Source: Minisyncoccota bacterium (GTDB taxonomy: Bacteria; Patescibacteriota; Minisyncoccia; Phycocordibacterales; UBA5272). Taken from it: a stretch of 64,000 bases of DNA. The stretch lies in the NCBI GenBank assembly GCA_041651055.1, contig JBAZJW010000001.1, forward strand, positions 306,661-370,660, given 5' to 3'. A program made the translations under genes and the position numbers. Below the pieces are notes generated by a model. That model saw only the letters and a program-made list of their open reading frames with translations, searched no databases and was not told where the DNA came from. Of this stretch, positions 18,778-28,145 are shown one piece after another; position 1 is the stretch's first letter; every line of letters begins with the position of its first letter.

Positions 18778-20679
18778 ATGAACCCAGAAACAACAACACA
18801 ATCTACAGGCGACATGAACCCGAGCTCAGAGAGCACACCGATTTCAACATCACCTTCTGCTCCATTCCGGAGACCAAACGATAGACCTCGCACAGGTGGT
18901 GCGAATCGTTCGCGAAACAACAACCGTCCCCCACGGTCAATGGTTGGACCAAAGTTCGACACAACGGTCACCGGTAAAAGTGAAACCGATCACATCCCCC
19001 CACTCAAGGATGGAGATATTCGCATTATCCATTTAGGTGGCGTAGAAGAAATCGGACGTAACATGAGTATGGTTGAGTACAAAGACACGATTGTAATTGT
19101 TGACTGTGGTGTTCAATTCACAGAAACAAGCACCCCTGGTGTTGATTTCATTTTGCCAAACACACGCTACCTCGAAGAGCACAAGCACAAGATCAAGGGT
19201 GTTGTCGTAACACACGGCCACCTCGATCACATCGGCGCTATTCCGTATATCATGCCACGTATAGGTAACCCACAGATTTATGCGCGCTTCTTTACCTCTC
19301 TTATGATCAAGAAGAGAATGGAAGAGTTCACTCACTTGCCACCGCTTACGATGAATATTATTGAGAAAGGAGACACGGTAACCTTCGGAGATTTGAAGGT
19401 TCGTTTCTTCGGAGTATCGCACGCGATACCAGACTCTATGGGTGTCATTATCGAAACACCGTACGGTGATATCGTTCACACAGGAGATTTGCGTCTCGAT
19501 CATGATGATGGAATCCCAACAGATAATGAAGAGGATCGTTACAAGGTTTTTGAAAACAGAAACATTCTCCTTATGATGGCGGATTCCACAAACTGTGAGA
19601 ACCCAGGATTTTCTATTTCTGATCGTGTTGTGTACAAAAATATCGAGAATGTTATCAGGGATACCCCCGGCCGTCTCATCGTCAGTACGTTTGCAAGTCA
19701 GGTAGAACGCATGCTCTATATGCTAGAAACCGCTGAACGATACGGCAAAAAAGTTGTCGTTGAAGGTCGCAGTATGAAAACAATTATCGAAGTAGCCAAG
19801 CTTGCGAACATGCTCAAGATAAAACCTGAGACACTTATCACGCTTGAAGAAATGCTTCACTACCCAGAGAACAAGCTCGTTATCTTGGCGACTGGTGCTC
19901 AAGGTGAAGAATTCGCTGCGCTCGGTCGTGTTGCAAATAAGACACACAAGTTTATTCGTCTCACACCAAAGGATACGATTCTCATGTCATCATCGGTAGT
20001 TCCCGGCAATGAACGCTCTGTTCAGAACCTCAAAGATAAACTTTCTCGTCAAGGTGCTCACCTTATTCACTACAAAACATCAGATGTTCACTCTTCTGGT
20101 CATGCGAACGCTGACGAACTTGTATGGATTCACCGAAAGATTCACCCTAAATTCTTCATCCCTGTTCACGGATATCACTACATGCTCCGTGTGCATGCCG
20201 ACCTCGAACGCAAGCTCGGTATGATGGAAGAAAATATTGTTATTCCAGATAACGGTATGATTATTGAAATTCAAGATAATGGAAATAAAATTCTTAAACT
20301 AAAAGAAAAGGCACCGTGTGAGATGATTGTCGTAGACGGAACATCTGTTGGTAAAATCCAAGATGTCGTCATGCGTGATCGTCAGACACTTGCTGAAGAC
20401 GGAATGTTCGTGGTTATCGGTGTTATCGATAGTCACACGCACACCCTCAAGAAGTCTCCCGATCTTATTTCTCGTGGATTCGTGTACCTCAAAGAATCAC
20501 AAGATCTTTTGTACCAGACACGTCTTCTTACCAAGAAGGTTATCGATGATTCGCTCGCTCGTGGAGGATTTTCAAACCTCGATGATATGAAGCAGGAGGT
20601 TGCAGAAGCAACAACAAAATTCCTTCTTCAGAAAACAGCGAAGCGTCCGGTAATTATTCCGGTTATCATCTCGGTATAG
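18778..20679 (+). CDS. rnj: Ribonuclease J (metallo-beta-lactamase/beta-CASP) with a ~90-aa low-complexity N-terminal extension.
   Basis: It has the HLGGVEEIGRNMSMVEY...VVTHGHLDHIGAIPY motifs and a beta-CASP region. Confidence 0.85.
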   Translation: MNPETTTQSTGDMNPSSESTPISTSPSAPFRRPNDRPRTGGANRSRNNNRPPRSMVGPKFDTTVTGKSETDHIPPLKDGDIRIIHLGGVEEIGRNMSMVEYKDTIVIVDCGVQFTETSTPGVDFILPNTRYLEEHKHKIKGVVVTHGHLDHIGAIPYIMPRIGNPQIYARFFTSLMIKKRMEEFTHLPPLTMNIIEKGDTVTFGDLKVRFFGVSHAIPDSMGVIIETPYGDIVHTGDLRLDHDDGIPTDNEEDRYKVFENRNILLMMADSTNCENPGFSISDRVVYKNIENVIRDTPGRLIVSTFASQVERMLYMLETAERYGKKVVVEGRSMKTIIEVAKLANMLKIKPETLITLEEMLHYPENKLVILATGAQGEEFAALGRVANKTHKFIRLTPKDTILMSSSVVPGNERSVQNLKDKLSRQGAHLIHYKTSDVHSSGHANADELVWIHRKIHPKFFIPVHGYHYMLRVHADLERKLGMMEENIVIPDNGMIIEIQDNGNKILKLKEKAPCEMIVVDGTSVGKIQDVVMRDRQTLAEDGMFVVIGVIDSHTHTLKKSPDLISRGFVYLKESQDLLYQTRLLTKKVIDDSLARGGFSNLDDMKQEVAEATTKFLLQKTAKRPVIIPVIISV

Positions 20680-20697
20680 TTACTATTCTCCAGTCTA

Positions 20698-20742
20698 CAG
20701 AAATACTAAAGCGGCACCTACGGTGCCGCTTTAGTATTTCTG
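20698..20742 (+). terminator. Rho-independent terminator after rnj.
   Basis: The hairpin is cagaaatactaaagcggcacc/tac/ggtgccgctttagtatttctg, a perfect 21-bp stem. Confidence 0.6.
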
Positions 20743-20748
20743 TTAGCA

Positions 20749-21963
20749 TTGGACTGGCAACTGTCGACTGTCGACTGTATACTTAGCATATCTATGCACG
20801 CCATCACTCGTAATAAGCTTCTCGTCGTGACGTATATGCTCACGATTTTATATGCCCTTCATTATGGCATACCACTGTACGCCACATCATCATACCTTCA
20901 TCAATACTTTAGCGCGTCATGGGTGAGCGCACTCTACATGATAGGAAGTGTCATTTCATTATGGGCGTCAATGTCAGTCACGCAGCGTATTAAAAAATTC
21001 CATAGCTACAAATTCACCGCATCGCTCGCCATCGCAGAGATTCTCATTACCATTCTCTTTGCATTGTCTTCGAATATGTATCTCATTGCCCTGTTCTTCA
21101 TTGTTCACTTTACCTTACAAGCACTACTCTATGTTTCCTTGAATGTTTTTATTGAGAGCTTTAGTAATCACGCCGAAACAGGAAGCATTCGTGGTCTCTT
21201 TCTAGCACTCCTTAATATGGGTATTCTTATTTCCCCTCTCATTGGAGGAACAATTCTCGCGAACGGATCATTTCAGATGCTGTATATCGTTGCATCCCTC
21301 ACCCTTGTACCGTTTCTTTTCTTTCTCCATAAATATCTCCAGCATGTTAAAGAGCCGGCCTATCACACCATCGATATGGCAGGAGCACTTAAGCTTGGGT
21401 GGCAAAACAAAAACCTCCGAGCGGCACTTGTATCCATACTCATTGTGCAATGTTTCTATGCGGTGATGGTGATTTATTCTCCGATATACCTCGCTACGAT
21501 TGGTATATCTCTTCCTACATACCTTTCATTTATTATTCCACTAGCACTTATTCCTCTTGTACTCTTACCGTATGAACTAGGGATGCTTGCAGATACTAAA
21601 CTTGGAGAAAAAGAACTACTTATCATTGGACTTCTTATTCTCGCAGTAACGACACTTCTGTGTGTCGTCGTTACGAGCCCTGACCCACGTGTATGGGTAT
21701 TCCTACTTCTCATTTCTCGTATTGGGGCCGCTTGTGTGGAAACTATGGCGTTTACCTACTACTTCAAAAAGGTTGGCCCCGAAGATGCCTCCCTAACAGC
21801 TCTCTTTAGTAATGCCTATGCTGTGGCGACGATTATTGTGGGCGCGGTTGGTGTCGCGGTGGCACCACTTCTTGTCACACGACCTCAACTGATGTTTGTT
21901 ATCCTCGGATGTGCTATATTGTGGAGTATATCCTACGTTCTTCCGATGAAGGACACGAGATAG
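20749..21963 (+). CDS. MFS-type transporter (multi-pass membrane protein). The true start is probably downstream, for example 20794 or 20836.
   Basis: There are about 12 hydrophobic segments with an MFS-like arrangement. The first 10 codons overlap a (GACTGTC)n tandem motif. Confidence 0.55.
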   Translation: MDWQLSTVDCILSISMHAITRNKLLVVTYMLTILYALHYGIPLYATSSYLHQYFSASWVSALYMIGSVISLWASMSVTQRIKKFHSYKFTASLAIAEILITILFALSSNMYLIALFFIVHFTLQALLYVSLNVFIESFSNHAETGSIRGLFLALLNMGILISPLIGGTILANGSFQMLYIVASLTLVPFLFFLHKYLQHVKEPAYHTIDMAGALKLGWQNKNLRAALVSILIVQCFYAVMVIYSPIYLATIGISLPTYLSFIIPLALIPLVLLPYELGMLADTKLGEKELLIIGLLILAVTTLLCVVVTSPDPRVWVFLLLISRIGAACVETMAFTYYFKKVGPEDASLTALFSNAYAVATIIVGAVGVAVAPLLVTRPQLMFVILGCAILWSISYVLPMKDTR

Positions 21964-21990
21964 CTCAGGCTTTCAGCTTGAGCTAATACT

Positions 21991-22023
21991 CAATGAAACA
22001 ATAATCAATATTCAAAAAGATAC
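21991..22023. repeat. Left arm of a 33-39-bp inverted repeat flanking the pseudouridine synthase gene.
   Basis: The revcomp of caatgaaacaataatcaatattcaaaaagatac matches 22765-22797 with 1 mismatch, and 2 mismatches over 39 bp. Confidence 0.8.
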
Positions 22024-22036
22024 TGATACAACACCT

Positions 22037-22726
22037 ATGAAAGAAATTAAAGTTACAACAAAAGAACCAGTACGCATCAATGTCTTCCTTCGTGATGAAG
22101 GAGTTGGTTCTCGTCGCACTATCGATGAATATATTTCTAGAAATTATGTAACCATCAATGGATCACAAGCAAGTCTTGGTAGTAAAGTATCAAAGGGAGA
22201 CACTGTGTGTATCACCTATCCGCAAAAAGAACTCATCTACGCCCTCTACAACAAACCTCGTGGTGAAGTCACAGGACGAAGACCGGAGCTCGGAGGTTGT
22301 GAACCTCTCGGCCGACTCGATAAAGAAAGTGAGGGATTACTGATGTACAGTAACGACTACCGTGTTGTGGACGCACTTCTTAACCCAAAGTATGGGCGTG
22401 AAAAAGAATATGATGTCGTTATACGAGAAAAAGCCACACCTCGTGTCGTAACGCTTCTCAAGAAAGGTATTTACACACAAGAAGCAACCTACGCCCCTGT
22501 GAAATCTGTCTCTATCTACAACGAAGGTTTTTCATTACGCATAGTTCTCACCGAAGGAAAGAAGCATGAGATTCGTCGTATGTTAAATGCGCTTAACTTA
22601 ACCGTGATGAAACTTGCTCGTACTCGTATCATGTCTTTTTCTGTTCATGGATTAGCTTCTGGTAAAGTACACACCATGACACCGAAACAGGTCACCACAC
22701 TTTTGAAAGATCTGGGTATACAATAG
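22037..22726 (+). CDS. Pseudouridine synthase, RsuA/RluB family (S4 domain plus catalytic domain).
   Basis: It has the GRLDKESEGLL catalytic-Asp motif and an N-terminal S4-like region, and is 229 aa long. Confidence 0.8.
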   Translation: MKEIKVTTKEPVRINVFLRDEGVGSRRTIDEYISRNYVTINGSQASLGSKVSKGDTVCITYPQKELIYALYNKPRGEVTGRRPELGGCEPLGRLDKESEGLLMYSNDYRVVDALLNPKYGREKEYDVVIREKATPRVVTLLKKGIYTQEATYAPVKSVSIYNEGFSLRIVLTEGKKHEIRRMLNALNLTVMKLARTRIMSFSVHGLASGKVHTMTPKQVTTLLKDLGIQ

Positions 22727-22753
22727 TCTATAAAGTCAAAAGTCCATAAAGGA
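22726..22753. repeat. Copy B of the dispersed ACTTT-phased element in reverse orientation (agtctataaagtcaaaagtccataaagg), immediately after the stop codon.
   Basis: It begins at the TAG stop of the pseudouridine synthase gene. Confidence 0.6.
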
Positions 22754-22764
22754 GACGCAGACTT

Positions 22765-22797
22765 GTATCTCTTTGAATATTGATTATTGTTTCATTG
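22765..22797. repeat. Right arm of the inverted repeat flanking the pseudouridine synthase gene.
   Basis: The sequence is gtatctctttgaatattgattattgtttcattg. Confidence 0.8.
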
Positions 22798-22801
22798 AAT
22801 A

Positions 22802-23584
22802 TTACGAGGAAATCCTATACCTCTTCCCTTTCTTTATCACATACCCTTCCTTCACTAATTTTTCCAACACACCTTCTGTGCGCTCATCGTCAGGAGATGT
22901 TTCTCCATGTGTAATTGCAAACAAAACTTTTGCACGCAATTCACGAACAGATCCTTTATATACTGACTGCTTCACATGATGTACACTCTTTGCATTATGA
23001 GAAATAGAAGATGCTTTCAAATGAGCACCATAATCCATCAATGCGTAATACCAGATTCTTGCTCCCAATTTCTTTACCTGTGCACTTTTTTCTAATCGAG
23101 AAAGATCATCATACAAAATTCCATCGTGAATCTTTTCTTCACCTTGATGATAGGTTTCGATAAGCGCTGTGCGAATATTCGTCTCAAGCAATGGATGAGA
23201 AAATGTATCATAGGCAAACGCAGAGATAGCAGACGCAGTGTATGTGCCGATACCCGAGAGCGTGCACAGCTCATCGTATGATACAGGAACACGTGTATGC
23301 TTCTGTGCGAGCTCGTAGAGTGCTTTTGCACGCCGTTGATATCCGAGTCCTTGCCATAACACCAAAACATCTCGAAAACTAGCTTGTGACAAGGCTTTTA
23401 GCGTTGGGTAGCTTTTCATCCACAATGAATACTTCTCGAGCACACGACTCACTTGTGTTTGCTGAAGCATTATTTCACTCACCACAATTCTATATGGAGT
23501 GATATTTTTTCTCCATGGTAATGTATGTCTTCCATTTTTTCTATAGTGAACCAAAACTGTTTTTATGAATGTTTTATCCTGCAT
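22802..23584 (-). CDS. HhH-GPD superfamily DNA glycosylase (MutY/Nth-like) without an Fe-S cluster motif.
   Basis: LPWRKNITPYRIVVSEIMLQQTQV...WQGLGYQRRAKAL resembles the MutY N-terminal domain. There is no C-x6-C-x2-C-x5-C motif. Confidence 0.7.
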   Translation of the reverse strand: MQDKTFIKTVLVHYRKNGRHTLPWRKNITPYRIVVSEIMLQQTQVSRVLEKYSLWMKSYPTLKALSQASFRDVLVLWQGLGYQRRAKALYELAQKHTRVPVSYDELCTLSGIGTYTASAISAFAYDTFSHPLLETNIRTALIETYHQGEEKIHDGILYDDLSRLEKSAQVKKLGARIWYYALMDYGAHLKASSISHNAKSVHHVKQSVYKGSVRELRAKVLFAITHGETSPDDERTEGVLEKLVKEGYVIKKGKRYRISS

Positions 23585-23781
23585 GCAACTATTTCTTGTA
23601 AGGCTATCATGTTTTTCTTGTATATTTTTCTCGTGCGGGACAAAATTCTCGTTTCAACTGAAATCTGAGATTTTCTAAATATGTGAATAACTACCCTCTA
23701 TGTACTTGAGTATATCACTCAAGGTTGTTACACTATGTACAGACAGTTGTTTCTTATCAGCTTATTAGAACTAGTAAAAGA

Positions 23782-24078
23782 ATGTCAAAAACGACAGTCC
23801 TTGAAGTCTATCAAGACAAGAAGGGCATGTACCGATTCCGACTTCTTGCACGCAATGGTGAACCAGTATGTATGTCCGAAGGATATGCAAAAAAATCAGG
23901 GGCACTCGCTGCTTGCAATAAATTATCAGAATGGGTGACCCATGCACTTCTCGTCGATGCCGATAAAAAAGCAGATGCGGCTTCAAAAACAACTGGGAAG
24001 CAATCCGTCAAACAGATTGCTAAGGCGGCCACGTCAAGGGTAACCAAAAAGACAGCTACCAAAAAAGTTGTTTCATAA
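23782..24078 (+). CDS. DUF1508 (YegP-like) domain protein with a Lys-rich, histone-H1-like C-terminal tail.
   Basis: MSKTTVLEVYQDKKGMYRFRLLARNGEPVCMSEGYAKKSGALAACNKL is a YegP-type repeat. The track ORF starts earlier, at 23725. Confidence 0.6.
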   Translation: MSKTTVLEVYQDKKGMYRFRLLARNGEPVCMSEGYAKKSGALAACNKLSEWVTHALLVDADKKADAASKTTGKQSVKQIAKAATSRVTKKTATKKVVS

Positions 24079-24157
24079 GGAAGCCTGAGAAGCAACCGTA
24101 ACGCATCAAACAAAGACGTCGTTCCCCTACGCGCAAGCGTAGAAGAATTACAAAACA

Positions 24158-24192
24158 GAGACCGCCATACTTACCAGAGGGGCGGTTTTTGT
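24158..24192 (+). terminator. Rho-independent terminator after the DUF1508 gene.
   Basis: gaccgcc...ggggcggttttt is a hairpin followed by a T-run. Confidence 0.45.
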
Positions 24193-24591
24193 TTTTAGTC
24201 CATACATTGTGCCATCTGCTTCGCTAAGAAAAGTTTTTACTTCTGCGTCGTATGTCTGTATACGCCTTAGTCATAAAAACTTTTCTTAGCTTGCACCTGA
24301 CGCAATATCTGAACTAAAATTAGACATATTTACTTTGTTACAGGAAATTTTTCTCGGTCAATGTACTCATATGTACATCTCTCTCAAAAAATTTTCCTGC
24401 GTCGCACATCTTGAACCGTTTTATGCGGTAAAAACCTTTTGTTAGAAAAAAACATACATCGCGCATTACTACAAAAGTAAAAACCGCCCCATCATTGTGA
24501 TTACCATAAAGACTCTATGTCGTTTTACCTCAACAGCAAATATACAATAATAAAAATAGTAGGTAGTCCCAATATAAGACTTAGTAGCGTT

Positions 24592-25536
24592 CTATCTCTT
24601 GAGTTCATGTTCTATGCGTGAATGCACATACTGACCAGCGTCTACTCCTGTCGTCGCGAGTGACTGCATAAATCGTCCATCTTTTCTAAGTGACGGCGCG
24701 GTGTCAATATTCACTACGGTATATCCATCTGCATGCGAAATCATATCAATACAAACTGGCCCCGTAAGATCGAGCGCCTCGTATACTTGGGTGACGAATT
24801 TCTTCATTTGTTCTTTTTTCCATTCTGGAGCATGGACATGCGCACGCATCGGAGCCTCTTCGTTTGGGATACCTTGCAAGCTTGCAAAGGTTTCTACCCA
24901 TAGTGGCGTATACAACTTTTCTCCACGAAAATCAGGGAGCGCTGCGATGGATGATGTCGGTGCTTTTTTATACGTGAGCACATGTGTGTCTATTCCCTTT
25001 GCATGATAATCACGAATGATAGTTTCTAGATCTGTAAAAAGTTTTATTAATCGTGAAGGAGCGCCTGCTGTACGCACAAGTGGTCGTACCATAAGTGGTG
25101 TGTGATACGTAGACCACAGCTCACGAAAGAGACTGTCTTTGAGTGGAGCACTCGCACGGACGACGACAGTCTCGGGAACTTTGATACCTTGCTGACGCAA
25201 TACTCTGTACATGTCTTCTCTATCCATAGTCACTTCGTGTGCTCGAGAAAAGAGAAGCGGTATACCCATATCCTTGGCAAGTGCCTGATACGCTTCCCCT
25301 TTCATGCGTGTCGTGTCCACAACCGTGTGTGCAATAGTGAATATATAGTGCGCGTCCGTTGGCAAGCCTTGAAGCGTCCATTTACCTTCGGTGTCAATAA
25401 CCACATCAAGCGGCTTGTATCCTATTTTCGTAAGAGAAATTAAAACCTCTGCACCTTCAGCGAGAGATGTTTTGAAATTATGATTCCCTCCGCGAAGGAC
25501 TGCGATATCTGGCATGCTACGAGATACGTTTAACAT
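24592..25536 (-). CDS. ddl: D-alanine--D-alanine ligase-like ATP-grasp enzyme
   Basis: IAVLRGG...GYKPLDVVIDTEGKW matches the Ddl N-terminal domain, and there is a C-terminal ATP-grasp region. Confidence 0.7.
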   Translation of the reverse strand: MLNVSRSMPDIAVLRGGNHNFKTSLAEGAEVLISLTKIGYKPLDVVIDTEGKWTLQGLPTDAHYIFTIAHTVVDTTRMKGEAYQALAKDMGIPLLFSRAHEVTMDREDMYRVLRQQGIKVPETVVVRASAPLKDSLFRELWSTYHTPLMVRPLVRTAGAPSRLIKLFTDLETIIRDYHAKGIDTHVLTYKKAPTSSIAALPDFRGEKLYTPLWVETFASLQGIPNEEAPMRAHVHAPEWKKEQMKKFVTQVYEALDLTGPVCIDMISHADGYTVVNIDTAPSLRKDGRFMQSLATTGVDAGQYVHSRIEHELKR

Positions 25537-25573
25537 AGCTTTAGTATAGCAGTCGCTTCGCTAAATTTTAAAT

Positions 25574-25593
25574 TTTTAATTTCTAATTGATAA
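25574..25593 (-). promoter_or_regulatory. Shared 20-bp A/T-rich element (tttaatttctaattgataac) about 40-60 bp upstream of ddl. It is identical to the copy upstream of nrdB.
   Basis: An identical 20-mer occurs at 29294-29313 and a variant at 55540-55570 upstream of tRNA-Trp. Confidence 0.5.
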
Positions 25594-25870
25594 CAAGGCC
25601 CAAACACACTACATAAAAGGCTCGCGTCAAAATTTGACAAGAATACGAGTCTCTGGTATGAATAAGATATGGTAGTAATGATCGCATCACAGACGAATAT
25701 GTCAGCCAATTTCCTCGGGGGATACACCCCTAAGGGATTTCCTGATTATGTGATGCTGGGTGGGTCGTTGCAATAAAACACTAACAACCTCATAAGGACC
25801 TACAGTGCATCACATAATTCATGTGATGCACTTTGTGTATAAGTTCTTTTACACGCTTAGGAGGTTTATC

Positions 25871-26431
25871 ATGAGTGCTATTTTTCTCATCGGAAAGAAG
25901 ACAGTTCTGCGTCCCATTTCCGTGTCCGATATCGTGATTTTTACGAAGTGGATGAATAATTCTGAAACGAGAAGATATCTCACACAGAGATTCCCTATGA
26001 CAGAAACGGCAGAAGAGTCGTGGATCAAAAAGGTTAGTCTTTCACCAAACAACCCAACTGATGTTCGCCTTGTTATTCAAACAAAAGATGAAGGAAAGCC
26101 TATTGGAACAATAGCGCTACACAACATCAATTGGGTTGACCGAAATGCCACGACGGGCACGATCATCGGTGAAGCAGACTTCCGTAGCAAAGGATACGCC
26201 ACAGATGCCAAGATGGTTTTGCTTGAATATGCGTTTCAAACTTTAGGAATGCACAAGATCATCTCACGGGCCTTCGCATCAAATACCGCGAGCATCGAAT
26301 ACAGCAAGCGCTGCGGCTACACGGTCGAAGCAACTCTGAAAGATGAAGTTTTCGGTGAAGGGTCATGGCAGGACATTGTCCTTCTTGCCTGTTTCTACCC
26401 CGCATGGAAACTGGCAGCAGAAAAGCGGTAA
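25871..26431 (+). CDS. GNAT family N-acetyltransferase (RimJ/RimL-like).
   Basis: It has an Acetyltransf_3-like pattern (VRLVIQTKDEGKPIGTIALHNINWVDRNATTG). A strong RBS, taggaggtttatc, precedes the ATG. Confidence 0.75.
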   Translation: MSAIFLIGKKTVLRPISVSDIVIFTKWMNNSETRRYLTQRFPMTETAEESWIKKVSLSPNNPTDVRLVIQTKDEGKPIGTIALHNINWVDRNATTGTIIGEADFRSKGYATDAKMVLLEYAFQTLGMHKIISRAFASNTASIEYSKRCGYTVEATLKDEVFGEGSWQDIVLLACFYPAWKLAAEKR

Positions 26432-26759
26432 TTTTTTTCTCGGGCCAGAGGTTGTCATCAACCCCTGGTCCTTTTTATATTCTATAAATAGAATAAAGAA
26501 AAATCTGTCCATGTAAAGATTGACATGGTGTTACATTTTTATCATACTGAAATTCTACGGACTGTATTTACTGCATGTTGCCGCTGGCGGTCCTGTATGG
26601 GAAGCCGTCAGGTCATATCATGGGTGGATAAGCATGGGTTTAATTATGAATCACAAACAACCCAAAGGTGATGATCATACTCGTAGCAATGTGATGCACC
26701 TGACCGATACGAAAGTATCGGTTTCCCTTTTTATATAGCAGATATTTTAGAAGTTAAAA

Positions 26760-26812
26760 AACAATAACCGTCATTGCATATGCAATGACGGTTATTGTTT
26801 TTTCTTTTTTTG
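26760..26812. terminator. Bidirectional rho-independent terminator between convergent genes.
   Basis: It is a perfect 20-bp palindrome, aacaataaccgtcattgcat/atgcaatgacggttattgtt, flanked by an A-run and a T-run. Confidence 0.7.
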
Positions 26813-26817
26813 TATTT

Positions 26818-26855
26818 CCTTTATGGACTTTACAGACTTTTGACTTTATAGACTG
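26818..26855. repeat. Copy C of the dispersed ACTTT-phased element, immediately 3' of the PPIase stop.
   Basis: The sequence is cctttatggactttacagacttttgactttatagact. Confidence 0.6.
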
Positions 26856-26858
26856 GCT

Positions 26859-27377
26859 CTATTTCCCTGTCTTAATTAGCTCTACTTCGAAAATCAAAGT
26901 TGAATTCGCTGGAATGACACCTCCCACCGCCTGATTGCCATATGCGAGATCGGCTGGAATGGTGAGCTTACGCTTGCCGCCCACTTTCATACCTGCTACA
27001 CCCATATCCCACCCTTTAATTACTTCACCTGCTCCGAGAGTAAACATGAATCCCTGATCACCGTGATTACGTGATGCATCAAAAATCGTACCATTCATAA
27101 GCGTACCCACATACTGTACGGTCACCTTGTCCCCTGCGACAGCTGTGGCCCCTGTTCCCACCACTTCATCTTCCATCTTTAATTCTGTTACTAGCATATT
27201 GTTTGTTGTTACGTTTGTATTTGTAGTTTGTGTTGTCTGTGTCGTCGATGTTGCATTAATATTTGATATAAACTCATCATGAGTACCGCTATTGGGAGAC
27301 AAACCCAACGGGTCCCATAAAATTAATGCTCCAGCAATCACTACCCCAATTCCAATGTATATGTATGTTGATTTCAT
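26859..27377 (-). CDS. FKBP-type peptidyl-prolyl cis-trans isomerase, membrane anchored.
   Basis: It has an FKBP domain (GDKVTVQYVGTLMNGTIFDAS...GEVIKGWDMGVAGMKVGGKRKLTIPADLAYG) and an N-terminal TM helix. Confidence 0.85.
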   Translation of the reverse strand: MKSTYIYIGIGVVIAGALILWDPLGLSPNSGTHDEFISNINATSTTQTTQTTNTNVTTNNMLVTELKMEDEVVGTGATAVAGDKVTVQYVGTLMNGTIFDASRNHGDQGFMFTLGAGEVIKGWDMGVAGMKVGGKRKLTIPADLAYGNQAVGGVIPANSTLIFEVELIKTGK

Positions 27378-27386
27378 AAGTTTTTA

Positions 27387-27956
27387 TTATAGCAAACTAT
27401 TATCTATAACCACATGAGCAATTTCTTTTGGTTTAAATGATTCAAAGCACTCAATGTCATTTTCCCTCCAGATTCCATCCCATAGTTCATCTTGTGGATT
27501 ATTATATTCCTCTCGATCCCTCTTCTTCCCCCTTTCCGTAGCAATTTCAATTGGACAATCAATCCATATTGTATATCCAAAGTAGTGAAGCAACTCTGGA
27601 CGAAACAATCCAACCCCTTCAATAATTACTATTGAATGATTAGAAACACTAACAATGTTATCTATATTATTTTTACCATAATCAAAATGACCGTAGGAAA
27701 AAACTCCGTCTGTATAAAGAAAAGGATAGAGAACCTCCTTTTCTAGCCGCTCGTAATCCATAACACTCCACATTGAATACTTTGAAAGAGTTTTATCTTT
27801 CATAAATGAATCAACTCCAATAATGGGGGCGCCAAGTTTTTCAGCCAACAGATTCGCATACGTTGATTTTCCAGAACCACCAAAACCAGAAATACCTATA
27901 ATTAATGGCTTTGGCAAATTGTTTATTTTATCAATCAAGGCTTGATTAATAGTCAT
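27387..27956 (-). CDS. P-loop nucleoside/nucleotide kinase-family protein (uridine-kinase-like).
   Basis: It has the Walker A motif IIGISGFGGSGKST. Confidence 0.5.
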   Translation of the reverse strand: MTINQALIDKINNLPKPLIIGISGFGGSGKSTYANLLAEKLGAPIIGVDSFMKDKTLSKYSMWSVMDYERLEKEVLYPFLYTDGVFSYGHFDYGKNNIDNIVSVSNHSIVIIEGVGLFRPELLHYFGYTIWIDCPIEIATERGKKRDREEYNNPQDELWDGIWRENDIECFESFKPKEIAHVVIDNSLL

Positions 27957-28016
27957 AGAAATTATTTTGTATTTTTATTTTTTCAGAGACTGCTTCAGAT
28001 ACACAACTTTGAGGGG

Positions 28017-28144
28017 GTAATTATTTTCTAAAGAAATTGGATGCAGTACGAGGAGCTTAGGAATTTTTCAAGGAGACGTACGAGAAAGTACGTTGACGAG
28101 AAAAATTCCGTAGCGACAAAGTAATGCGCCAATTTCTTTAGAAA
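28017..28144. terminator. Long inverted-repeat structure immediately 3' of nrdB, the likely terminator of the nrd operon.
   Basis: ggtaattattttctaaagaaattgg (28017-28041) is inverted against ccaatttctttagaaaattacc (28123-28144). A nested acgtac/gtacgt palindrome lies between them. Confidence 0.4.
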
Positions 28145-28145
28145 A

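Noticed and set aside
26520-26738. 72-aa + ORF in the GNAT-PPIase intergenic region, and 25530..25727 (-).
   Set aside because: There is no RBS and the ORFs span terminator and hairpin sequence, so they are likely non-coding.
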